From assembly GCA_023205875.1 (NCBI GenBank), contig CP060758.1, forward strand, positions 1,054,001 through 1,118,000: a stretch of 64,000 bases of DNA, given 5' to 3'. The position numbers were made by a program, and so were the translations under genes. Below the pieces are notes generated by a model that worked only from the letters and a program-made list of their open reading frames with translations, made no database searches and was not told where the DNA came from. This DNA is from Chloropicon primus (lineage: Eukaryota). This document shows positions 1-9,984 of this stretch, in pieces. Every line of letters starts with the position of its first letter. The first letter of the stretch is position 1.

Positions 1-660
1 GGCGTGGGCGCTCTCGGAAGCCGCCTTGGACGCCATCTCGCTCGTGGTCTTGGCACTCGCGCACTCCAGCTCGAGCTCCTTGCTCACGGACGCCGTGTTC
101 TCCTCCACGAGCCTCAGGGCCTCCTCCTTGTGGCTCCTTCGAGTCTCCACGAGCTGCCTCTCCAGCTCGGCGAGGCGGGCCTCCGCGGCGCGGACCTGGT
201 CCCTCAGATCCCTCCTCTCCTCCTGCCACTCCCTCCTCACCAGGTCCTGCATCTTGGACTCCACCTCGGTCCTGACGCCGAGGTACGTCTTGTCGAACTT
301 CCTCTCCAGCTGGGCCGCGCTGCGCACCGCCGCGTCCTTCTCGGCCTCCAGGTCCGCGACCTCCTTGGCCAGTCGCTCGATCCTCTCGTCCTTGCTCGCG
401 GCCGCCGCCCCCGACTCCTGCTGCCTCTCCGCCAACCTCGTGTTCTCCTCCTCGAGGGCGTCCACCAGGACCCTCGCCTCCTCCAGATCCCTTTCCAGCT
501 GCTTGGCCCTGGCCTCCGCCTCCCTTCGGCGCTTCAGCTGACCCCCCAGAAGGTCCTGAGGCGAAAGCACCGCATCGCTCAGGCCCTCCACCTCGGGCAT
601 CGAGGGCGACCTCGACGACGACGACGACCCCGTCTCCGCCCCCACCCTCACGTGCACCAT
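1..660 (-). CDS. Coiled-coil protein, 5' part (runs off the window start)
   Basis: Manual minus-strand reading from ATG 660 (MVHVRVGAETGSSSSSRSPSMPEVEGLSDAVLSPQDLLGGQLKRRREAEARAKQLERDLEEARVLVDALEEEN...) is open to base 1 with E/K/R/L heptad composition. It is not in the ORF track because there is no stop in the window. Confidence 0.7.
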   Translation of the reverse strand, partial: MVHVRVGAETGSSSSSRSPSMPEVEGLSDAVLSPQDLLGGQLKRRREAEARAKQLERDLEEARVLVDALEEENTRLAERQQESGAAAASKDERIERLAKEVADLEAEKDAAVRSAAQLERKFDKTYLGVRTEVESKMQDLVRREWQEERRDLRDQVRAAEARLAELERQLVETRRSHKEEALRLVEENTASVSKELELECASAKTTSEMASKAASESAHA

Positions 661-1196
661 CCGGTGATCCACGTCCCCATCCTCCAAAAAAAACAGCGAA
701 GACCCCTTCCCTCGGTTCCTCCTCGCCACGAGCACCCCCCTCCTCCAACCCGCCCTCCTCCCCCCGCTCCCCCTCTCCTGCCCCCCCCGCGACGCCCTCC
801 TCGCCCTGCACAACATCTCACCCCTCTCGTCCGCCCTCGCGCACGCGCTCTCTCGTCCGTCCAGCTGGATCGATCTGGCCCACCCGACAGATCTCCTCTC
901 GCTTTTTTTCGCTCCAACCTGACGATGCACCCGATGATGGGGCGGCCTTGGGCTTGAGGCTTTGGATGGAAGGAAGGGAACGCACAAACGGACGCAATGG
1001 CAAAGGGGGGGAGGAGGATCACGGCCCGGACTCTGTCTGGGTCGAAGCTCTCGGCATCGACGACAAGGTGTGTGTGTGTGTGAGGGGGGTCACCCTGGTG
1101 TGCACGAGCGAGCCAGGAGGCGCTCCTGTTGTGTGGGTTACACGTTTACAATAATACGTACATTACACGAGGGGGAGGGGGACCCCAAACCCGAGC

Positions 1197-1766
1197 TCAA
1201 GCCAGGTGCAGCCAAGCCCTGTCCCTCAGGTTGGTCTTGTTCGAGCCCACGAGCTGGTCCACCTTGACGCCCCTGTCGTAGACCCAGAACGTGGGGGTAT
1301 ACACCACGCTCTTGGACAAGACGGGCGTCCGGAACACGTCCGCGACGGCGAAGGTGTGCCTCGGGTGCTCCTTCCCCAGCGCGACCATGGAGGAGACCAT
1401 GCCCTTGCAGTGGTCGCACCACGCCGTGCCGAACTCCACGAAGAGTTTCGTGCCCTTCCGCCTGCTCTCCTCAATCAGGTGCTCCAAGTCTTCGTCAGAA
1501 TTTACGAAACTCACGCCCTCCATCGCGTCGTTCCCCCTGTAGGGCTTGGCCCTCGGCCTCGCCAGCTCCCTCGGCGCTGGCCTGAACCTCTCCCTCGGCC
1601 GCTGCACGACCACGTCCTTCTGGCTGCCATCCTCCAACGACGCCGCTCCTCCTGGAACTTTGAACCACGACGACGACGACGACGACGAGGAGGAGGAGGA
1701 GGAGGAGGAGGAGGAGGTCGACCCCGGCTTCCGTTCCCTTCTCCCCTGCGTGAACTTGGCCACCAT
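1197..1766 (-). CDS. Atypical thioredoxin-like protein (WCDHC)
   Basis: FVEFGTAWCDHCK active-site motif and YTPTF cis-Pro loop; Ser-rich N-terminal extension; ATG at 1766. Confidence 0.8.
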   Translation of the reverse strand: MVAKFTQGRRERKPGSTSSSSSSSSSSSSSSSSWFKVPGGAASLEDGSQKDVVVQRPRERFRPAPRELARPRAKPYRGNDAMEGVSFVNSDEDLEHLIEESRRKGTKLFVEFGTAWCDHCKGMVSSMVALGKEHPRHTFAVADVFRTPVLSKSVVYTPTFWVYDRGVKVDQLVGSNKTNLRDRAWLHLA

Positions 1767-1790
1767 CACCAACAACAAACAAACGAGAGG

Positions 1791-1830
<40 letters not shown>

Positions 1831-1902
1831 CCTTGCTCCCGTTCCCGCGTTTTTTCGTGTTTTTTTCTTGGCGGGAACAGAGTAGAGAGCGACAGAGGAA
1901 GG

Positions 1903-3192
1903 ATGGGGAGGGGGAGGGGGAGTGCGCCCGGGAGGTTGGACTTCTTGGGAGGGGTGAGCGACTACAGCGGGGCGCTCGTGCTGGAGGCGGCGATACAATT
2001 GGAGACGAGGGTGACGATAGAGGGAAGGAAGGAGGAGGAAGGGCAGGATGGGAACAACGAACTGGTCGTGGAGGTCGAGAGCGTGCAGTTCCCGGGGACG
2101 GAGGCCGTCGTCTTGGGTCTCCGGGACCTCGAGGCGAAGGCGAGGGAGAGCCTGGAGCGCGTGAGGCTTCACTTGTCGTCCAGGGGGGCGCCGAAGTGGT
2201 CCTCCTACGTCCTTGGAACGCTGTCGTCCTTCTGCAGGTACCTAGGACGTTTTCCGACAGAGAGCATCCGCGTCGTGGTGGACTCGGACGTGCCCCACGG
2301 GCAGGGCGTCAGCAGCAGCGCCTCGGTGGAAGTCGCGGTGGTGAGGGCGCTGAGGGACTATTTTGAGGTCGAGGAGGAGGAGAGCCTCGACCTCGCGAGG
2401 CTGGCCCAGAGAGCGGAGAACGAAGTGGTCGGCGCTCCCTGTGGCATTATGGACCAGGTCGCTTGCCTCTTCGGTACGCACGGCGCCGTTCTCCCCATCA
2501 ACTGCGCGAGCGTGTCCCTGTCAGACTTGGTGTATTTGCCTGACGACATTGTCCTCGTCGGGTTCCCCACTCGAGTCCAACACGACCTCGCGGGGGAGTA
2601 CACTCCGTACGAGAGGGCCCGGACGGCCACGGCGATGGCGGCCAAGATCGCGCAGACCTGCCCCAATTCGCCAGAAATCCGTTCCCTGAGCGACATCGGA
2701 TGCTTGTCCCTCTCCAAGTTCGAGGCTTGCGTCAAGCCCCTGCTTCCCAAGACGCTGAGCGGGAGCGCTTTCCTCGCAAAATACGAGGGCGTTGGCGAGA
2801 TCGATGCCCTGAGCAGAGTGAAGCCGGACGAGGAGTACCCGGTTCTGGATGCAATGGAATTCGCCGTGCAGGCTTCGCTCTTCGCCGGCATTGCGCTTTC
2901 CCTTCTGGAGAGCAACGCTTTCTCTGAGAAGGCGGTGCAGGACAAGGCGCTGGCTCAAGTTGGCGAGCTCATGCTCTTGCAGCACCAGTCTTACAACAAA
3001 ATAGGTCTGGGGCACGTGCTGACGGACAGCATCATTGACTTGCTCATGTCTTTCGGCCCGGGCAACGGCATATACGGAGCGAGGTCGAGCGGCGGTGGTT
3101 CCGGGGGAACCATTTGCATCCTGTGCAACGAAGCAGCTTTGCCCATCATAGAAAACATCGCAAAAGAGTACAAGATTGAACTGATCCTGTAA
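1903..3192 (+). CDS. GHMP sugar kinase, L-arabinokinase/galactokinase-like
   Basis: APGRLDFLGGVSDYSG, PHGQGVSSSAS (GHMP ATP loop), ENEVVGAPCGIMDQ and YGARSSGGGSGG resemble the kinase domain of plant ARA1. ATG at 1903. Confidence 0.85.
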   Translation: MGRGRGSAPGRLDFLGGVSDYSGALVLEAAIQLETRVTIEGRKEEEGQDGNNELVVEVESVQFPGTEAVVLGLRDLEAKARESLERVRLHLSSRGAPKWSSYVLGTLSSFCRYLGRFPTESIRVVVDSDVPHGQGVSSSASVEVAVVRALRDYFEVEEEESLDLARLAQRAENEVVGAPCGIMDQVACLFGTHGAVLPINCASVSLSDLVYLPDDIVLVGFPTRVQHDLAGEYTPYERARTATAMAAKIAQTCPNSPEIRSLSDIGCLSLSKFEACVKPLLPKTLSGSAFLAKYEGVGEIDALSRVKPDEEYPVLDAMEFAVQASLFAGIALSLLESNAFSEKAVQDKALAQVGELMLLQHQSYNKIGLGHVLTDSIIDLLMSFGPGNGIYGARSSGGGSGGTICILCNEAALPIIENIAKEYKIELIL

Positions 3193-4205
3193 AAAAAAAC
3201 CACGACGACGACGTATTAGTCGTGAAATAACTCTATTTATATTATACTTATCCGAGGCTGAAGGCTAAACCGACATCCTTCAGGGAGGAGCAAGGGGGAG
3301 GAGCAGGGGGGAGGAGCAGGGGGATTTCTTGTGGAAATCTTTGGAGTCCGGAGCCGCAAAGTTTTCGGTCTTGGATTCCTTGAGGAATGGGGGAACGAAC
3401 GAACCATTCTTTCTCCCTCCTTTCATCCATGAGGAATAGAATAGGGTTGATATCTTGATATATGCTTTGCTCTCTGATTGCTCTCTGAATGAAGATTAGA
3501 TTAGATGCTTGTTGTGTGTTTTTTCTTTTTCCCGGGAGTGAATTATCTCTTGGTATCTCTTGGTATCCCTGGCTCCGTCCTTCCTCGTCCTTCCTTCCTT
3601 CCCCTTGGACTTTGTATGGACTTTGTCCTTCCCCGTCTCTTTGCTAGGTTTTCCTCCATCGGTATTCGTCCTCTTCCTCTTTGCGTCTTGCGGTCTCTTT
3701 GCACCTGTTTTCTACACGAACGTCAAAAACCTAGCACCGACGCCTTCCCGCGAAAATCTCAGAAAGTGTCACTCGAGGAGGCTATGGGTTTGCCTTTTCC
3801 TTCGCCTTTGGCTTTGCCTTTGGCTTTGCCTTTGGCTTGGCACAACCCCAACAACAAGGAGAGGAGGGCGGGATTGATTTCACGTTCACTTCACGTTCAC
3901 TTCACTTGAGGCTTGCTTGCTTGGGAAGGTCAAGGAAAGGGGAAACCGGGACCGGGAACAAGACAACTTCAGGAGAGGAACACAGAACAAGGACACGCTG
4001 TGCGTGCGTGCGGGAAGAAAGCAAGACACGATTTAGGATTTCTTCTCCTTGCCAAGCGGCGCGAAAAACTTGGGTGCATTGGGAAGAAAGATCTGAACTT
4101 GCGTTGCGTCGGGACAGTGGATAAGTGGACATCACAAGCCGTTGTCTGTCCCAGTTGAATTGTGTTGACGTTGTAAAAAGGTTCTAGCGGAAAGGAGAAA
4201 GACAA

Positions 4206-7200
4206 ATGGGGTGCGGTTCCTCTGCTCCAGTTGATAATGTGGAGGCCCCTACTCCAAAGCCAAAGCAGAAGACACCAGAGGCCCCTGCAAAGGCCGAGGT
4301 GGCGGTATCTGCCAATGGTGCTCCAGCCTTGCCTACTTTGTTGCCTCAGCCTGAGAACCCAACGGGCAAGATCGTCATGATCGAGTGCGAGGGCGGCAGC
4401 GACAAGAAGGCCGACGGACACAGAGGAGACACCATCCCTATCTCCAACGCCCTGATTGAGAAGGGTTGGGAGTGCGTCCCGGTGTTCTACTCTGACGCCA
4501 AGTACGACGAGGTCAAGGCCATGGTTATGGCTGCTGATGGATTCATCACCAGAATCAACCCTGGAACTTACCCTGGCGTCACCCAGAGCAAGGTCGACGA
4601 GATGCTCAGGGAGGCTGCCGCCGCTGGCGTTGCCCCCATGCAGCACCCTGATGTGATGCAGAAGATGGGTGCCAAGGACGCTCTCGTCAAGATCGCCAAC
4701 TTGTCTTGCGGTATGTCCGACACCTACGCTTACTACGACATTGAGAGCTTCAAGGAGAACTTCCCAAAGAGTGTAGCGACTGGAGTCAGGGTCCTCAAGC
4801 AGAACCGCGGCTCTCAGGGTGAGGGCATCTGGGTCTGCAAGGTGAAGGAGGGCCAGGAGGGCGAGGTCAACGGTTCCACTGTCTTGGATTTGCAGGAGGC
4901 TGTTGACAACCACAAGGAGGAGAAGACCGTTGATGAGTTCATGACCTTCTGCGAGCAGTACATCGTCGGAGAGAACGGTCAGCTCATTGATCAGCGCTTC
5001 TTGCCACGCATTGTGGAGGGCGAGCTCCGCGTGAACATGATCTACGACAAGCCAACCGAGATCGTTCACAAGAAGCCAGCTGAGGGAGGAATCTCTGCTA
5101 CTCTCAAGTCGGGTGCCAAGTACGTGTCTTACCAGCCCGATGATCCACAGTTCAAGAAGTTGATGGACGACTTTGTGAACAAGGATCTTCCACAGATCAT
5201 GCCTTGCTTGGGCATGGAGGGCATGCCGATCCCATTGATTTGGACCTCTGACTTCATTCTTGGAGACAAGGTTGACGGCGAGGACACCTACTTTGTTGGA
5301 GAGTTCAACTGCTCCTGCGTTGGCATCACTCAGCAGCTCCACCTCAAGGACCAGGTCGCCGATGCCGTCATCAAGATCGTCGAGATGACCAAGGGAATCG
5401 AGAACCCAGCTCCACCGCTCCCAGTGCTGCTGAAGCAGCCTGAGAACCCAACGGGCAAGATCGTCATGATCGAGTGCGAGGGCGGCAGCGACAAGAAGGC
5501 CGACGGACACAGAGGAGACACCATCCCTATCTCCAACGCCCTGATTAAGAAGGGTTGGAGTTGCGTCCCGGTGTTCTACTCTGACGCCAAGTACGACGAG
5601 GTCAAGGCCATGGTTATGGCTGCTGATGGATTCATCACCAGAATCAACCCTGGAACTTACCCTGGCGTCACCCAGAGCAAGGTCGACGAGATGCTCAGGG
5701 AGGCTGCCGCCGCTGGCGTTGCCCCCATGCAGCACCCTGATGTGATGCAGAAGATGGGTGCCAAGGACGCTCTCGTCAAGATCGCCAACTTGTCTTGCGG
5801 TATGTCCGACACCTACGCTTACTACGACATTGAGAGCTTCAAGGAGAACTTCCCAAAGAGTGTAGCGACTGGAGTCAGGGTCCTCAAGCAGAACCGCGGC
5901 TCTCAGGGTGAGGGCATCTGGGTCTGCAAGGTGAAGGAGGGCCAGGAGGGCGAGGTCAACGGTTCCACTGTCTTGGATTTGCAGGAGGCTGTTGACAACC
6001 ACAAGGAGGAGAAGACCGTTGATGAGTTCATGACCTTCTGCGAGCAGTACATCGTCGGAGAGAACGGTCAGCTCATTGATCAGCGCTTCTTGCCACGCAT
6101 TGTGGAGGGCGAGCTCCGCGTGAACATGATCTACGACAAGCCAACCGAGATCGTTCACAAGAAGCCAGCTGAGGGAGGAATCTCTGCTACTCTCAAGTCG
6201 GGTGCCAAGTACGTGTCTTACCAGCCCGATGATCCACAGTTCAAGAAGTTGATGGACGACTTTGTGAACAAGGATCTTCCACAGATCATGCCTTGCTTGG
6301 GCATGGAGGGCATGCCGATCCCATTGATTTGGACCTCTGACTTCATTCTTGGAGACAAGGTTGACGGCGAGGACACCTACTTTGTTGGAGAGTTCAACTG
6401 CTCTTGCGTTGGTATCACTCAGCAGCTCCACCTCAAGGACCAGGTCGCCGATGCCGTCATCAAGATCGTCGAGATGACCAAGGCCAACCCACCAGCTGCT
6501 CCTGCTGCTGCTGAAGCCCCAGCCTTGCCTACTTTGTTGCCTCAGCCTGAGAACCCAACGGGCAAGATCGTCATGATCGAGTGCGAGGGCGGCAGCGACA
6601 AGAAGGCCGACGGACACAGAGGAGACACCATCCCTATCTCCAACGCTCTCATTGAGAAGGGTTGGGAGTGCGTCCCGGTGTTCTACTCTGACGCCAAGTA
6701 CGACGAGGTCAAGGCCATGGTTATGGCTGCTGATGGATTCATCACCAGAATCAACCCTGGAACTTACCCTGGCGTCACCCAGAGCAAGGTCGACGAGATG
6801 CTCAGGGAGGCTGCCGCCGCTGGCGTTGCCCCCATGCAGCACCCTGATGTGATGCAGAAGATGGGTGCCAAGGACGCTCTCGTCAAGATCGCCAACTTGT
6901 CTTGCGGTATGTCCGACACCTACGCTTACTACGACATTGAGAGCTTCAAGGAGAACTTCCCAAAGAGTGTAGCGACTGGAGTCAGGGTCCTCAAGCAGAA
7001 CCGCGGCTCTCAGGGTGAGGGCATCTGGGTCTGCAAGGTGAAGGAGGGCCAGGAGGGCGAGGTCAACGGTTCCACTGTCTTGGATTTGCAGGAGGCTGTT
7101 GACAACCACAAGGAGGAGAAGACCGTTGATGAGTTCATGACCTTCTGCGAGCAGTACATCGTCGGAGAGAACGGTCAGCTCATTGATCAGCGCTTCTTGC

Positions 7201-8711
7201 CACGCATTGTGGAGGGCGAGCTCCGCGTGAACATGATCTACGACAAGCCAACCGAGATCGTTCACAAGAAGCCAGCTGAGGGAGGAATCTCTGCTACTCT
7301 CAAGTCGGGTGCCAAGTACGTGTCTTACCAGCCCGATGATCCACAGTTCAAGAAGTTGATGGACGACTTTGTGAACAAGGATCTTCCACAGATCATGCCT
7401 TGCTTGGGCATGGAGGGCATGCCGATCCCATTGATTTGGACCTCTGACTTCATTCTTGGAGACAAGGTTGACGGTGAGGACACCTACTTTGTTGGAGAGT
7501 TCAACTGCTCTTGCGTTGGTATCACTCAGCAGCTCCACCTCAAGGACCAGGTCGCCGATGCCGTCATCAAGATCGTCGAGATGACCAAGGCCAACCCACC
7601 AGCTGCTCCTGCTGCTGCTGAAGCCCCAGCCTTGCCTACTTTGTTGCCTCAGCCTGAGAACCCAACGGGCAAGATCGTCATGATCGAGTGCGAGGGCGGC
7701 AGCGACAAGAAGGCCGACGGACACAGAGGAGACACCATCCCTATCTCCAACGCCCTGATTGAGAAGGGTTGGGAGTGCGTCCCGGTGTTCTACTCTGACG
7801 CCAAGTACGACGAGGTCAAGGCCATGGTTATGGCTGCTGATGGATTCATCACCAGAATCAACCCTGGAACTTACCCTGGCGTCACCCAGAGCAAGGTCGA
7901 CGAGATGCTCAGGGAGGCTGCCGCCGCTGGCGTTGCCCCCATGCAGCACCCTGATGTGATGCAGAAGATGGGTGCCAAGGACGCTCTCGTCAAGATCGCC
8001 AACTTGTCTTGCGGTATGTCCGACACCTACGCTTACTACGACATTGAGAGCTTCAAGGAGAACTTCCCAAAGAGTGTAGCGACTGGAGTCAGGGTCCTCA
8101 AGCAGAACCGCGGCTCTCAGGGTGAGGGCATCTGGGTCTGCAAGGTGAAGGAGGGCCAGGAGGGCGAGGTCAACGGTTCCACTGTCTTGGATTTGCAGGA
8201 GGCTGTTGACAACCACAAGGAGGAGAAGACCGTTGATGAGTTCATGACCTTCTGCGAGCAGTACATCGTCGGAGAGAACGGTCAGCTCATTGATCAGCGC
8301 TTCTTGCCACGCATTGTGGAGGGCGAGCTCCGCGTGAACATGATCTACGACAAGCCAACCGAGATCGTTCACAAGAAGCCAGCTGAGGGAGGAATCTCTG
8401 CTACTCTCAAGTCGGGTGCCAAGTACGTGTCTTACCAGCCCGATGATCCACAGTTCAAGAAGTTGATGGACGACTTTGTGAACAAGGATCTTCCACAGAT
8501 CATGCCTTGCTTGGGCATGGAGGGCATGCCGATCCCATTGATTTGGACCTCTGACTTCATTCTTGGAGACAAGGTTGACGGTGAGGACACCTACTTTGTT
8601 GGAGAGTTCAACTGCTCCTGCGTTGGCATCACTCAGCAGCTCCACCTCAAGGACCAGGTCGCCGATGCCGTCATCAAGATCGTCGAGATGACCAAGGCCA
8701 ACTCTTCCTAA
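4206..8711 (+). CDS. Four-repeat Cj0069-family (DUF6815-like) ATP-grasp protein with N-terminal MGCGSS acylation motif
   Basis: 1501 aa, intronless. Each unit has GGSDKxxDGHRxDT, RINPG, HPDxMxxxGAKDAL, DTYAYYD, VLKQNRGSxGEGIW, FLPRIxEGExR, HKKPAEGGxSATL, PLIWTxDFIL and GEFNCSCVG, matching my recollection of the bacterial Cj0069 family. Confidence 0.85.
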   Translation: MGCGSSAPVDNVEAPTPKPKQKTPEAPAKAEVAVSANGAPALPTLLPQPENPTGKIVMIECEGGSDKKADGHRGDTIPISNALIEKGWECVPVFYSDAKYDEVKAMVMAADGFITRINPGTYPGVTQSKVDEMLREAAAAGVAPMQHPDVMQKMGAKDALVKIANLSCGMSDTYAYYDIESFKENFPKSVATGVRVLKQNRGSQGEGIWVCKVKEGQEGEVNGSTVLDLQEAVDNHKEEKTVDEFMTFCEQYIVGENGQLIDQRFLPRIVEGELRVNMIYDKPTEIVHKKPAEGGISATLKSGAKYVSYQPDDPQFKKLMDDFVNKDLPQIMPCLGMEGMPIPLIWTSDFILGDKVDGEDTYFVGEFNCSCVGITQQLHLKDQVADAVIKIVEMTKGIENPAPPLPVLLKQPENPTGKIVMIECEGGSDKKADGHRGDTIPISNALIKKGWSCVPVFYSDAKYDEVKAMVMAADGFITRINPGTYPGVTQSKVDEMLREAAAAGVAPMQHPDVMQKMGAKDALVKIANLSCGMSDTYAYYDIESFKENFPKSVATGVRVLKQNRGSQGEGIWVCKVKEGQEGEVNGSTVLDLQEAVDNHKEEKTVDEFMTFCEQYIVGENGQLIDQRFLPRIVEGELRVNMIYDKPTEIVHKKPAEGGISATLKSGAKYVSYQPDDPQFKKLMDDFVNKDLPQIMPCLGMEGMPIPLIWTSDFILGDKVDGEDTYFVGEFNCSCVGITQQLHLKDQVADAVIKIVEMTKANPPAAPAAAEAPALPTLLPQPENPTGKIVMIECEGGSDKKADGHRGDTIPISNALIEKGWECVPVFYSDAKYDEVKAMVMAADGFITRINPGTYPGVTQSKVDEMLREAAAAGVAPMQHPDVMQKMGAKDALVKIANLSCGMSDTYAYYDIESFKENFPKSVATGVRVLKQNRGSQGEGIWVCKVKEGQEGEVNGSTVLDLQEAVDNHKEEKTVDEFMTFCEQYIVGENGQLIDQRFLPRIVEGELRVNMIYDKPTEIVHKKPAEGGISATLKSGAKYVSYQPDDPQFKKLMDDFVNKDLPQIMPCLGMEGMPIPLIWTSDFILGDKVDGEDTYFVGEFNCSCVGITQQLHLKDQVADAVIKIVEMTKANPPAAPAAAEAPALPTLLPQPENPTGKIVMIECEGGSDKKADGHRGDTIPISNALIEKGWECVPVFYSDAKYDEVKAMVMAADGFITRINPGTYPGVTQSKVDEMLREAAAAGVAPMQHPDVMQKMGAKDALVKIANLSCGMSDTYAYYDIESFKENFPKSVATGVRVLKQNRGSQGEGIWVCKVKEGQEGEVNGSTVLDLQEAVDNHKEEKTVDEFMTFCEQYIVGENGQLIDQRFLPRIVEGELRVNMIYDKPTEIVHKKPAEGGISATLKSGAKYVSYQPDDPQFKKLMDDFVNKDLPQIMPCLGMEGMPIPLIWTSDFILGDKVDGEDTYFVGEFNCSCVGITQQLHLKDQVADAVIKIVEMTKANSS
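4347..8700 (+). repeat. Intragenic tandem repeat, 4 near-identical units of about 1.1 kb
   Basis: The anchor CAGCCTGAGAACCCAACGGGCAAG recurs at 4347, 5436, 6543 and 7650 (spacings 1089, 1107, 1107); only a few substitutions are visible between units. Confidence 0.97.
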
Positions 8712-8826
8712 GTAATTTATGACCTTGCGTTGTGCAATGTTTTTCTGAAATAGCGATTAAAAGATGAAAATACACATTAACTACTACAAAAAGAATGCGT
8801 GTGTGCGTCTTCGCGACGACGCGTCC

Positions 8827-9984
8827 CTACTCTTGCGGTCGATCTTTACCCGCTTCAGGGCTCTTCGTGGTGTGCGTCGCCCAGTCCAGAACGTCACTCA
8901 CCCCCATCTCGAAAAGATCGATGATTTTGTCCTCCCCAGGAGGCAGAAGCGCGTACTGAAGCATCTTGCGCATGGAATAGGAGCACTCCGAGTATTTGCC
9001 TGGCGCGATGTCGCACTCAAAGGGCATGTTCGGAAAGCAGCAGATGGTCACGGGCTCCTCGCAGGGTGGCTTTGGAATGAAGTTGGTTCCCAGGCCCCCA
9101 TCGACGCAGGTCAGACCACGGTACGTCGAGGTCACCTTGGTGTTCATGTACAATGGCACGTGAGACGACGTCAACAGAGCTTGGATCAGGTCCTCCTTTG
9201 ACTCGAAGTCGTTCACGTACACCGACTGCAAGAACGGAGACTGTTTGTTCACCCTCGTGATGCTGACGTTCAGCCTTCCGTTCGCCCTCACGTGCACGTC
9301 GTCGGGGAACACCATGTTGGCATACGTCTCGACAACGCTGCGTACGTTCCCCACGGTCCCCTCCTCCCGAAGCTGCCTGTACATCTCGAGGAGGTTGCCC
9401 ATCAGCTCCTCCGCACTCAAGTCACAGACGAGGCAGGCGCTGATGAGGGATCCCGCGGAGGACCCCGCGAAGACGGTCTCGTCGCTGACGAGGCCAAGGC
9501 GCTTGAGAGCGACCGCGTTCCCCACAAAGTAGGGAAAGAGAAGGCCACCAGCGGAGAACCCAAACCCAAGGCCAGGGGAGAGCTTCATCTCCTCCAAGTT
9601 CCAGTTCAAAGGCGTCTCCCCTTGCCCGCCGGTCTCCTCCAAGCCTTCAACAAAGCTCCCCTCCTCCGGCCTGTACGCCGGTCCGCCGCTGGCTTCCTGG
9701 CTCGCGACCCTCGACCGCACGAGGTTTCCCAGCCTGTCGAGCGGGCCCACCCGTGAAGGACCGGTCCTGCCGTCTGCAGCCGGCCTCTTCCCCGAGAAGG
9801 GCGACTGCGACTCGGAGGTGCTGGGCTTACTGCCCTTCTCCCCCCCCCCTCCCGCGTGGGTCGAAAGGTTCCGGCGGCGGTGATTCCCTTGCCTCAACGG
9901 TCCCTGGCGCTTTCCTCCAGGTGGCGCGCGAATCACCGTCCCACCGAGGCGTCCCAGCTGCATCATCCCCACAGCAGATCTCAT
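8827..9984 (-). CDS. Patatin-like phospholipase, probably plastid-targeted
   Basis: FSAGGLLFPYFVG glycine loop, GSSAG nucleophile motif, DGG motif; basic Ser/Gly-rich N-terminus. Confidence 0.88.
   Translation of the reverse strand: MRSAVGMMQLGRLGGTVIRAPPGGKRQGPLRQGNHRRRNLSTHAGGGGEKGSKPSTSESQSPFSGKRPAADGRTGPSRVGPLDRLGNLVRSRVASQEASGGPAYRPEEGSFVEGLEETGGQGETPLNWNLEEMKLSPGLGFGFSAGGLLFPYFVGNAVALKRLGLVSDETVFAGSSAGSLISACLVCDLSAEELMGNLLEMYRQLREEGTVGNVRSVVETYANMVFPDDVHVRANGRLNVSITRVNKQSPFLQSVYVNDFESKEDLIQALLTSSHVPLYMNTKVTSTYRGLTCVDGGLGTNFIPKPPCEEPVTICCFPNMPFECDIAPGKYSECSYSMRKMLQYALLPPGEDKIIDLFEMGVSDVLDWATHTTKSPEAGKDRPQE

Noticed and set aside
3969..8645. 1558-aa antisense ORF over the four-repeat gene
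   Set aside because: Mirror frame produced by strong sense codon bias and multiplied by the repeat; L/V/H-rich with no motifs.
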